Origin: a virus
Taxonomy: Duplodnaviria > Caudoviricetes
DNA: 32,941 nucleotides
Virus record (IMG/VR): IMGVR_UViG_3300012953_000104
Span: 1-32,941 of that record
Reading direction: 5' to 3' (one strand)
In this document: piece after piece, positions 25,945 to 32,941 of the stretch
How the letters are laid out: each line of letters starts with the position of its first letter
How positions within the stretch are numbered: position 1 is the first letter of the stretch
Made by a program: the position numbers and the translations under genes
The notes under the pieces: generated by a model
What the model was told of the DNA's origin: nothing
What the model saw: only the letters and a program-made list of their open reading frames with translations
The model's database searches: none

Positions 25945-27741
25945 ATGGCAGACGACGATAAGAAAAAACCAGCACCACAAAAGCCTATAGAAAAAAGAAA
26001 GGAAAAGAAACCATCGGTTGATCCTACTATAGGAAATATTGATAAAGGTGTCCAAGGTGCAAATAAAAACTTGGATGCTCTTATTCAAAGAAGTGGCCAG
26101 GTTTCTAATAGAGCAGAACAAAGAGCGGATTTATTATTACAGGCTGCCGATGCCCAAAAGAAGATAGACGAATTATCAGAAAGTGGCAGAGCTGAAGATG
26201 CTGCAGAAATGCAGAAAGCTTTAGATGAAACATCTAAATTATTAAAAGGTTCTAAAACAGATGCAGCTATAGGAAATAGATTAGCTGAATTAGCTACTAT
26301 AAACTCTGATACAGCTTCTTTAATAGAAAAATATGGTTCAAAAGAAGAACAAGAAAATAAAGAAAACTTATCTGGTATAAATGGTATTATAACAAAGCTA
26401 GATGACCAAAAGAAAGTTTTCGAAGATGATACAAAAAATGTTGGTACATTAAAACAATTAAAAAAATTAGAAGGTGCATTCGGACAATTTAGTACAAAAG
26501 AAACAGAAGCATTAAGAGAAGCATATGATTCCGCATCTGCAGATTTAGAATCAGCCTTAGAAAATGGTGATGATAGAGCAGCTGAATTAGCTCAAGCTCA
26601 ATTAGATGAAATAGCTAAGGGTGCAGAATCAGAAGAGAGTCGTAGAGAAGCTAAGAAGATAAATTTAGAAGCTAATTCTAGGTTAATGAAAATTGGTAAT
26701 GCGATGGAAGAGTTCGGCCAGAAGTTTGATGATGTTGCTATGGCTGGTGCTAAAGGCGCTGGATTCTTAGCAGGATTAACCGGTTTAGCTTTATTGTTTA
26801 TTGACCCAGACACATTCAATGCTATAATGACCGATATTATAGACAAAGCTGGAATCGTATTTGATACACTCTATGCGATGGTATCTGGAGATTTTGATAA
26901 AGCTTCAGAATTATTTAACGAGAATATGGGATTGTTCGGTAAGCTAATTGGTGGTATAATGTTATTATTCACTGGTAAGATAATTAAGATTATTGGTACT
27001 GCATTAAAGGTTGCTAGAGGATTCAGAATCTTTATGATGGGAACATTTATTCCAACATTAATCGGTATGTTTAGCGCTATAACAACCGCAATGGCTCCAA
27101 TCGTAGCTGCAATGGCTCCGATATTATTACCAGTACTAGCTATTATGGCCTTAATTGGTGGTTTATATTTTGGATTTAAAAAGCTACAAGAATCGTTAGG
27201 ACCAGGCGCAAGTATAATGGATACGTTAAAAGTTGGTATGTTATACTTCGTTGATTTCCTATCAATGATCGTAAATGGTATTACATTTATACCAAGAAAG
27301 ATAATTGGTATGTTAGGTCCAAGATTAGCTAAATGGATTATGGGTGATGATTTCGATACTTCAGTAATCGATAATTTAGCAGCAGGTCTAGATACAGGAA
27401 GAGGTAAAAGAGCAGCTGCAGAAATGAAAGCTAAGAACGAAGCAGCTGCATTAGAAGCTGCAAATGCTGAACCTGAACCTGAATTTGATATGGCCAATAT
27501 GACCGAAGAAGAATTAATGGCTCAAGTGAATGCTAAAACAACTATTCCAGGTGATGATATATTAAGTCAATCAGATGCTAATGCAGCAGCCCAAAAAGAG
27601 GCTCAAGTTGGTGGAGTAAATGCAGTAATCACAAACGCAACCGGCGGAAATGTTCAAAATAATAACGTTGTTAGATCAACCGTTGTACAATCCCCAATCA
27701 CAAAAGCCACAAGTACGCTGGCATCAGTAACAAGCAGATAA
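25945..27741 (+). CDS. probable tail tape measure protein (gp29-like, 598 aa)
   Basis: Long Ala/Glu/Lys-rich helical N-half, central Gly/Ala/Leu hydrophobic segments, Asn/Thr/Ser-rich C-terminus. Follows gp26/gp51. Length is close to T4 gp29 (about 590 aa). Confidence 0.7.
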   Translation: MADDDKKKPAPQKPIEKRKEKKPSVDPTIGNIDKGVQGANKNLDALIQRSGQVSNRAEQRADLLLQAADAQKKIDELSESGRAEDAAEMQKALDETSKLLKGSKTDAAIGNRLAELATINSDTASLIEKYGSKEEQENKENLSGINGIITKLDDQKKVFEDDTKNVGTLKQLKKLEGAFGQFSTKETEALREAYDSASADLESALENGDDRAAELAQAQLDEIAKGAESEESRREAKKINLEANSRLMKIGNAMEEFGQKFDDVAMAGAKGAGFLAGLTGLALLFIDPDTFNAIMTDIIDKAGIVFDTLYAMVSGDFDKASELFNENMGLFGKLIGGIMLLFTGKIIKIIGTALKVARGFRIFMMGTFIPTLIGMFSAITTAMAPIVAAMAPILLPVLAIMALIGGLYFGFKKLQESLGPGASIMDTLKVGMLYFVDFLSMIVNGITFIPRKIIGMLGPRLAKWIMGDDFDTSVIDNLAAGLDTGRGKRAAAEMKAKNEAAALEAANAEPEPEFDMANMTEEELMAQVNAKTTIPGDDILSQSDANAAAQKEAQVGGVNAVITNATGGNVQNNNVVRSTVVQSPITKATSTLASVTSR

Positions 27742-27782
27742 AAAAAAGGCCGAGAATCCTATAAGGAATATCTCGACCTTTT
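27740..27782 (-). terminator. intrinsic terminator between convergent gp32 and tape-measure genes (possibly bidirectional)
   Basis: Minus strand reads AAAAGGTCGAGA-TATTCCTTATAGGAT-TCTCGGCC-TTTTTTTT, a GC stem followed by an 8-T run. The plus strand has a 4-T run. Confidence 0.8.
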
Positions 27783-27829
27783 CGACCTGTAGTATTGAAT
27801 ACGTTAGATTATTCTACAGACCAACTAGC

Positions 27830-28759
27830 TTAACTTTCGTTTGCTAATTTATTAAAGTAACTTAATGTATCATCCTCATCCGAAGAAGATTCCTCACCGG
27901 CGGGTAATGATGGCTCGGGATCTGATGCCCCGACATTAAAAGTAGAAGTAGTTTCCATCGTAGGAACAGGCGCAGTGGACATTGCTGCCATATCCGCACT
28001 GATCCCAGCATCGACACCCAATACTCTATTAAGTTTAGCTTTAAGTTCGTCATATGATTTATATGATTTAGGATCGGTGAATTCACTTAGCGAATGCAAT
28101 TGTGAATACACACTTTCTAACTCTGAATCATTTCCATCAAATAAAGGTGAAGGAGAAGAGAACTCTGATTTATCATAGTTAACCCACCCATCTACTTTTC
28201 TGATTTTGATTTTAAAGTCAGCACCTTCCCAGAAATCATATGGGTTACAAGGTTGTTCATCGGCAAATTGTGGTTGCATAGCTTCCATTACTTTGTCGAA
28301 TATTCTTTTACCAAATTGGTAAAGCTTTACCTTGCCATTATTTTCTGGATGTTCAGGATCGTTAATTACGAGAATGTTTGACACATAATGTAATCTTCTT
28401 TTCCTTTCTCTAGCAATAGCTTTATCCTCGTCTCTACCAGTATTCCATAACTGAGTATTAACTTCTGATACAGGATCAGGTTGATTAATAGAGGTTAAAG
28501 ATTTTTCTATATACCATAGACCATTAGGACCTTTAAATCCGTGGTCCCAGTATCTTACCCAAGGAAGATCTTCACCTTCTTTGGCAGGTAAGAATCTGAT
28601 TACCGCGTAACCGTTTCCTGCTTTATCTCTGGTAGGTTTCCAAAGGCGATCATCACTGTAAGATGAATTGTCCGCTTTTGGCGTGGATACAGCTTCTGCT
28701 GCTTTTACGAGTTTATCGATTGATGAGCCTCGTGCGCTCTTTAAGTTTTCAAATGACAT
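27830..28759 (-). CDS. gp32: single-stranded DNA-binding protein gp32
   Basis: DDRLWKP..DKAGNGYAVIRFLP, W.H.F.GP.G.WYIE, KR.L.Y.SNILV..DP..PEN.GKV.LY.FGK.IFDK, P.DFWEGA.FK.KI, NYDKSEF, KSYDELK.KL, acidic tail DDTLSYF.KLA. Confidence 0.97.
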   Translation of the reverse strand: MSFENLKSARGSSIDKLVKAAEAVSTPKADNSSYSDDRLWKPTRDKAGNGYAVIRFLPAKEGEDLPWVRYWDHGFKGPNGLWYIEKSLTSINQPDPVSEVNTQLWNTGRDEDKAIARERKRRLHYVSNILVINDPEHPENNGKVKLYQFGKRIFDKVMEAMQPQFADEQPCNPYDFWEGADFKIKIRKVDGWVNYDKSEFSSPSPLFDGNDSELESVYSQLHSLSEFTDPKSYKSYDELKAKLNRVLGVDAGISADMAAMSTAPVPTMETTSTFNVGASDPEPSLPAGEESSSDEDDTLSYFNKLANES

Positions 28760-28822
28760 TTTTATTTCTCCATGTACACTGTATTGTTGAATTATCCACT
28801 TTATTCATAATATAATGAGTAT

Positions 28823-28854
28823 ATTATACCACACTCCTATGGTTTTGTAAACCC
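28823..28854 (-). promoter_or_regulatory. early (sigma70) promoter for gp32
   Basis: GGGTTTACA, 17-nt spacer ending TGTGG, TATAAT. Matches the T4 early promoter pattern (GTTTAC plus extended -10). Confidence 0.85.
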
Positions 28855-29427
28855 TTTTTTGATAATACTTACGCATTTATCTTTTCTAAAGTCTACGAAG
28901 GGTTTATATTTCATAATCTTTCTCGAGATATCTGGCCAAATAATTGTCTCAGTTATCTTAGAGCCTTCACGTTCCATAAACCCTAATATTGAATCGAGTA
29001 TAACAACAGTCTCTAAACTAATCTCTTCTCTCATCAATAATTTTACTATCAATGGATGGGTTTGTTTTGTTTTAAAAAACTCATCAAACTCTATATCCAT
29101 ATCTACTAAACTATTTATATCTTTTTGAAACTCACGATGTATTGATTCGCGAATCTTCATATGCTGTTTGAAGTAAGTTTCACCACCTTCGTTTAGCATA
29201 TCCCCAACGTAACTTACCCCATTCTTAAAGTTAGCTATATAATACTGTAATAGTTTATCATCATAAGTCTTAGCTAGTTTGGCAAAGAAGTATTTATCTT
29301 TCCTTGCAAAGAATGATTTAGGACTTACGTTGGATTTAAAATTGTACTTAACTGCATCATATGAATCCTGTTCGAAATGCAATTTAAGAGCATTGTACAT
29401 ACTATATGCATCAAAGGGTTTCATCAT
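28837..29427 (-). CDS. gp59: helicase loader gp59
   Basis: F..Y..Y.ALKLHF....YD..KY..K......SF..RKDKYFF.KL, HP.I.K......ISLET..ILD, W......I.KY.PF. Lies between gp33 and gp32. Confidence 0.9.
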   Translation of the reverse strand: MMKPFDAYSMYNALKLHFEQDSYDAVKYNFKSNVSPKSFFARKDKYFFAKLAKTYDDKLLQYYIANFKNGVSYVGDMLNEGGETYFKQHMKIRESIHREFQKDINSLVDMDIEFDEFFKTKQTHPLIVKLLMREEISLETVVILDSILGFMEREGSKITETIIWPDISRKIMKYKPFVDFRKDKCVSIIKKGFTKP

Positions 29428-29581
29428 TTCTTTCTCTTAACCAATCTCTATATGGTATTGGCTCCGTTGTTTTGCTTACATATTTTTTATAAGCTTCTTT
29501 ATCTTCTTTAGATTTATTCATGGTTGTTACCCAACCATCTGAGTTATCTTGCCACCTTTTGGAATTTTCCCAAGGTTTCAT
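29411..29581 (-). CDS. small hypothetical protein (56 aa), not in ORF track
   Basis: ATG overlaps the gp33 stop (ATGA). Reads MKPWENSKRWQDNSDGWVTTMNKSKEDKEAYKKYVSKTTEPIPYRDWLRERNDETL*. Fills the gp33-gp59 gap. Confidence 0.7.
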   Translation of the reverse strand: MKPWENSKRWQDNSDGWVTTMNKSKEDKEAYKKYVSKTTEPIPYRDWLRERNDETL

Positions 29582-29817
29582 ACAGGTAATGTATTACCTT
29601 TTTTATCCCGAATTAGATTTAATTCTTGTGCTTCTGCAGTTACTTTTTCTCTTAAAGAATCAGAAAGAAGTTTCTTTATATTACTATAATCCATTCCTCT
29701 TTTCTCTATGATATAATTCATTGCATCCATATATGACATATTTTGTTTAGCTACTATTTCTTCTACAGCAGTACTAAACCTTTTTCTAGTCATAATCTTT
29801 TCTTTTAATATATCCAT
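29578..29817 (-). CDS. gp33: late-promoter transcription coactivator gp33
   Basis: F...VE..V......Y.DA............KL.S..L.EK...EA..LNL.......LP pattern. Syntenic upstream of gp59-gp32. Confidence 0.88.
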   Translation of the reverse strand: MDILKEKIMTRKRFSTAVEEIVAKQNMSYMDAMNYIIEKRGMDYSNIKKLLSDSLREKVTAEAQELNLIRDKKGNTLPV

Positions 29818-30998
29818 TATATTACTCTCATTATAATACAGTCCTTATTAATTCGGCCTGTCGGTTGGTAAATCTTTGTTGTTAAACCATTCCATATTTT
29901 CTTTATTTGGAATTCAGTTTTGTTTATTATCTTTGGAAGTATATCATCTGGTTTTCTAAGTTTAGTAATTTTAGAAAGTTCAGGGCTAAAGTTTTTAATT
30001 GTAGATCCAGAGATCTCAAATCCCTTACCACTCTCACAAAAGTATTCTGCAAGCTTACCCTGTTTAGTATTATAAATCCATACCTTTTGTTTGCCTGGTA
30101 TTAATACCGGATCAATAGATGTGAGTTTAGACTCAAGGTCTTCTTTCATATAGTTTAACTTAGATACTTGCCTATCATTGCTCATAGGCGCACGTACACG
30201 CGTCTTACGTGTCGCTTTAAAACTATCTTTAAGTTTATCTAGGTCAGAAAAGATTGATTCGTATACGTTGAGCATTTTCTTCTTATTGCCTTTTGTTACA
30301 TGGCTATAAGCTTCTTTTGCTTGGTCACATGTATTCTCATAAGCATCTTTTACTTGAATATAATCATCTTCAATCATATCTCTAAATATAGTAATAGCAT
30401 TACCTTTCAATCCATGATTTTTAAATAGAGAGAAACATTCAAACTTAACTTTAAAGTTACCATCCATCCACTGATCAACTACATTTAAATCAAAATCTTC
30501 GAATATAGTATCTCTTACTTTAGCTCTAGTTCTTTCTTGGATTGTTGGTAGCTTAGGTTTTTCTTTAGCTACCTCGACTCTTTTCTCTTCTAGGTTAGAA
30601 GCTATTTCATATAACTCGTTAGATATATCGTGGTATTTTTGTGTGACCGCTGGGGAATATTTATATCCTCTGGACCAAACTACCGCAATATTACCGACTC
30701 TTCGTATCTTCCAATCAGGTAATCTGCAGAAGATTTTAATCTTATCATCGTCCCAACCTTCTACATCTCTTAGGTAATCCACAGCATATGGAATATAATC
30801 CTTATTATCATAGAAATAATTATACCAACCTGAAGCGTGTGACCAAAGTGGTCCAACAGTTCCGTCTTCTTGTTCTTTAGCTATATTGGGTTGTTGGTCT
30901 TCAGTGAATAATGGTTCTGGTCCCATCATTTTAGCATCGAGTGAAACCCGATCCTTTCTCATTGCTATACGTTTTTTATTAATTTTCTTAAGTGCCAT
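29817..30998 (-). CDS. conserved hypothetical protein (393 aa) upstream of gp33
   Basis: Long ORF with stop overlapping the gp33 start. Motifs G.EP, WYNY, SIDP..I.G....W.YNTK...L..Y, LRKP...L, GRIN...II.RV. No function recognised. Confidence 0.8.
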   Translation of the reverse strand: MALKKINKKRIAMRKDRVSLDAKMMGPEPLFTEDQQPNIAKEQEDGTVGPLWSHASGWYNYFYDNKDYIPYAVDYLRDVEGWDDDKIKIFCRLPDWKIRRVGNIAVVWSRGYKYSPAVTQKYHDISNELYEIASNLEEKRVEVAKEKPKLPTIQERTRAKVRDTIFEDFDLNVVDQWMDGNFKVKFECFSLFKNHGLKGNAITIFRDMIEDDYIQVKDAYENTCDQAKEAYSHVTKGNKKKMLNVYESIFSDLDKLKDSFKATRKTRVRAPMSNDRQVSKLNYMKEDLESKLTSIDPVLIPGKQKVWIYNTKQGKLAEYFCESGKGFEISGSTIKNFSPELSKITKLRKPDDILPKIINKTEFQIKKIWNGLTTKIYQPTGRINKDCIIMRVI

Positions 30999-31010
30999 AA
31001 TTTATAAGGT

Positions 31011-31061
31011 GGGGCAGAGGTCGCATTCTGAAAGATAAGGAGTTAAAGAGCGACATACCCC
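31011..31061 (-). other. intergenic stem-loop with pyrimidine-rich, anti-SD-like loop
   Basis: GGGG/CCCC outer and GTCGC/GCGAC inner arms enclose UCUUUAACUCCUUAUCUUUCAGAAU on the transcribed strand. Confidence 0.55.
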
Positions 31062-31069
31062 GAAATTGT

Positions 31070-31426
31070 TTATCTACGCATCCTTGCTATATCTTTAGCA
31101 TGTTCCTTATCGGATTCGAAGATTGGTACTGCATTTGATTTGTGCATTGTAGCAATACCTAATAATTTTCTTTCTCCAGTATATTGGAGTGGTTCTTTTT
31201 TACCCATTGCATCTTTTACTTTAGATATTCTTTCTAAGAAATCCTGCTTTTCCTGTTCTCTAAGCTGGGCAGCTTTCATAGCTGCGGCTTGTCTAATTGG
31301 ATCGATCTTCATAGGTTTAAATTCAGTTGGCCTTTTTCTTTTAACTGGATTAGCCGCATGATTTTTTCTTTTCTTTCCAGTTGGTCCATATCTTAATGAA
31401 CCCATGTAAAAACTTGTTGTACTCAT
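31070..31426 (-). CDS. basic hypothetical early protein (118 aa)
   Basis: C-terminal YTG....GIATMHKSNAVP.F.....A.DIA.MRR, a motif I recognise from marine T4-like phage hypotheticals. Directly behind an early promoter. Confidence 0.8.
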   Translation of the reverse strand: MSTTSFYMGSLRYGPTGKKRKNHAANPVKRKRPTEFKPMKIDPIRQAAAMKAAQLREQEKQDFLERISKVKDAMGKKEPLQYTGERKLLGIATMHKSNAVPIFESDKEHAKDIARMRR

Positions 31427-31433
31427 AATATAT

Positions 31434-31466
31434 ATTATACCATAATTTCTAAGAGATGTAAACCCC
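31434..31466 (-). promoter_or_regulatory. early (sigma70) promoter
   Basis: GGGGTTTACA, 17-nt spacer ending TATGG, TATAAT. Confidence 0.85.
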
Positions 31467-31739
31467 TTATTGTGAATGTTTTCTGAATTGATCTATCAGG
31501 TCTTGACCTTTTAATTGGTCTCCCATCATAACCACTCCACCGTCTGATAATGTTCTACGAACACTTCCATCATTGTACATTACGTCTGTTACGTATTTTC
31601 CATCTACGGTATCTTGAGGTCTAGTATCGTACCACATTGAATCTAGGGAGTGTGCATGTAATGTCTTAACGCCCTTTGCCCATTCTTCAGCTTCCATTTT
31701 AAGTCTTTGCTGTTCGACTTTGTCATCATATTGTGTCAT
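31467..31739 (-). CDS. hypothetical early protein (90 aa)
   Basis: GGAGG upstream. Same strand and tight packing as neighbours. Confidence 0.75.
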   Translation of the reverse strand: MTQYDDKVEQQRLKMEAEEWAKGVKTLHAHSLDSMWYDTRPQDTVDGKYVTDVMYNDGSVRRTLSDGGVVMMGDQLKGQDLIDQFRKHSQ

Positions 31740-31905
31740 TTTCTAATCTCGCCTCCACGATTTCTTTAACTGTTTTTTCATTATACCATATTCCGTGATA
31801 TATCTGATGTGAACCATCAGACCATTCAACATGGTATCTTTTATACCCGTAAGGTCTATCATAGAATATTCTACAATCACCATAACTTTCTACTAACACT
31901 CTCAT
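31726..31905 (-). CDS. small hypothetical protein (59 aa), not in ORF track
   Basis: TAATG coupling with the upstream gene. Reads MRVLVESYGDCRIFYDRPYGYKRYHVEWSDGSHQIYHGIWYNEKTVKEIVEARLENDTI*. Confidence 0.75.
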   Translation of the reverse strand: MRVLVESYGDCRIFYDRPYGYKRYHVEWSDGSHQIYHGIWYNEKTVKEIVEARLENDTI

Positions 31906-32222
31906 TAGTAATCGCCATCTGCCGATCTATTGGCATTATAAGCATCCATATAAGAGCTGTTTTCTAAGAAAGAAGAAACCTCTTTATCTGAATAATACAT
32001 ATTTTCTGGTGAATTTAATTCTAATGAACTGGCGGTTTGTTTGCCCGCTTTTTTAACAGAAGCTGTTAGCTTCTTGTGCAGTTTCATTTCTTCTTTGATT
32101 CTAGCTTTACGCTCGTCGAGCTTGCGAACTGTTTCTTGGAATTCTAGTTCTTCGACTGTTGTGTTTTCTTTTTTTGCTTTGGCTTTTAGTGCCGCTTGTT
32201 TGATTAGTGCTAATCTATCCAT
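31905..32222 (-). CDS. hypothetical early protein (105 aa), coiled-coil N-half
   Basis: Strong SD TAAGGAG. First gene after the early promoter at 32259-32291. Confidence 0.8.
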   Translation of the reverse strand: MDRLALIKQAALKAKAKKENTTVEELEFQETVRKLDERKARIKEEMKLHKKLTASVKKAGKQTASSLELNSPENMYYSDKEVSSFLENSSYMDAYNANRSADGDY

Positions 32223-32258
32223 TTATAACTCCTTATTAATTATTGGATTGTAGGGTGT

Positions 32259-32291
32259 ATTATACCACAATTTACGATGTTTGTAAACCCC
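32259..32291 (-). promoter_or_regulatory. early (sigma70) promoter
   Basis: GGGGTTTACA, 17-nt spacer ending TGTGG, TATAAT. Confidence 0.85.
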
Positions 32292-32541
32292 TAATTTCAT
32301 TTAATTTCAAAATAACTTGCTCATCATTGAGATAACCTATAACATCATTACTAATTGAAGTATTATAAGTAATTTCGTTGGTATCGGAATCGAGTACTGC
32401 CAGTTCCCAAAGGCCTTGAGCAGATCCATAACTTCCATTATGACGGATAACGGAAGCACCATATCCATTAGGAAAATGATAAATTCTTTGTATACCTCCA
32501 TAAACTTCATTTGTCTCTGCTAAATACTTAGATTGCCACAT
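32272..32541 (-). CDS. widespread phage hypothetical protein (89 aa)
   Basis: F.NGYGASVI....SYG...GLWELAVL......Y.T.I..DV.GYL....V motif, seen in many phages. Function unknown. Confidence 0.8.
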   Translation of the reverse strand: MWQSKYLAETNEVYGGIQRIYHFPNGYGASVIRHNGSYGSAQGLWELAVLDSDTNEITYNTSISNDVIGYLNDEQVILKLNEIRGLQTS

Positions 32542-32735
32542 TAAAGTATTTCTCCCTCTATTAAATTCGTATCATCAAATCCACCGCCGAAAGGGCATGA
32601 TTGTAGATTTGTAACCGTGTGTTGGTTATCGTACATTTTTCTTTGTTTGCCCTGAATATATCCTGCGAGTGACTTTGCAGCTTTCTCGTCTTTAGCATAT
32701 ATGTAGGATTCAGTTGTAATTAAATATCTTTCCAT
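32541..32735 (-). CDS. hypothetical protein (64 aa)
   Basis: AAGGAG upstream. TAATG coupling at both ends. Confidence 0.75.
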   Translation of the reverse strand: MERYLITTESYIYAKDEKAAKSLAGYIQGKQRKMYDNQHTVTNLQSCPFGGGFDDTNLIEGEIL

Positions 32736-32941
32736 TATCTTCTCCTTAAATAAACATCGTATCTTGTTGCATGTCTAAGAGGTAAATACATATCATAACC
32801 TCTTGGGCCTTTACCATCTTTTATAGCAGCTTCTTTTCTTGGTCCTCTACCTCTAACATGTAGGTAGAATAAATTGCCTGCGATCTTTAAAGCCTTTCTA
32901 ACGGTTTCTAATTCTAACATACCGCCTGCATCTAAAGGATC
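32735..32941 (-). CDS. basic hypothetical protein, probably 5'-truncated by the window edge
   Basis: Frame stays open from the ATG at 32920 to the window end (DPLDAGG...), so the real start may lie outside the window. Confidence 0.65.
   Translation of the reverse strand, partial: DPLDAGGMLELETVRKALKIAGNLFYLHVRGRGPRKEAAIKDGKGPRGYDMYLPLRHATRYDVYLRRR

Noticed and set aside
27870-27892. CUUCGG tetraloop in the gp32 3' end
   Set aside because: Only two contiguous base pairs close the loop, too weak to call.
29112-29119. Intragenic TATAAATA in gp59 (another at 6056-6063)
   Set aside because: Could be real late promoters for gp32 and the fibre gene, but an all-AT 8-mer is expected by chance in this genome and both are far from a start codon.
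31780-31790. TATGGTATAAT extended -10 inside the 59-aa ORF
   Set aside because: No TTTACA at 17-nt spacing, and it is explained by the codons I-W-Y-N. Weak activity cannot be excluded.
1-32941. CRISPR array, tRNA, intron/intein, DGR or invertase cassette
   Set aside because: No regularly spaced repeats, cloverleaf, split core gene, reverse transcriptase or recombinase seen by eye. The fibre repeats do not show adenine-specific differences.

Overview
AT-rich segment of a T4-like myophage genome of marine type, resembling cyanophage/pelagiphage gene content rather than E. coli T4. It has three blocks. (1) A leftward late operon: gp48, gp53, gp27-like hub, gp5, a hypothetical gene, gp25, gp6, gp7, gp8, a VrlC-like giant protein, a fibre with a C-terminal chaperone, and smaller fibre-associated genes. 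(2) A rightward late operon: gp4, gp2, gp54-like, gp26, gp51, a 2-TM protein and a tape-measure-like gene. (3) A leftward early block: small hypotheticals, gp33, gp59 and gp32, driven by GTTTACA-N17-TATAAT promoters. Late promoters (TATAAATA) are readable upstream of several structural genes. The strongest non-obvious signal is a candidate programmed -1 frameshift (T TTT TTT, 25345-25351) joining gp26 to gp51 shortly upstream of the tape-measure gene, an arrangement like lambda G/GT. Other signals are CpG-rich islands written into synonymous codons, an intergenic hairpin with an anti-Shine-Dalgarno loop, an antisense sigma70 promoter overlapping a late promoter, and a lysozyme-less gp5 ending in an HxH motif. 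All family assignments come from motif recognition and synteny; no database search was run.
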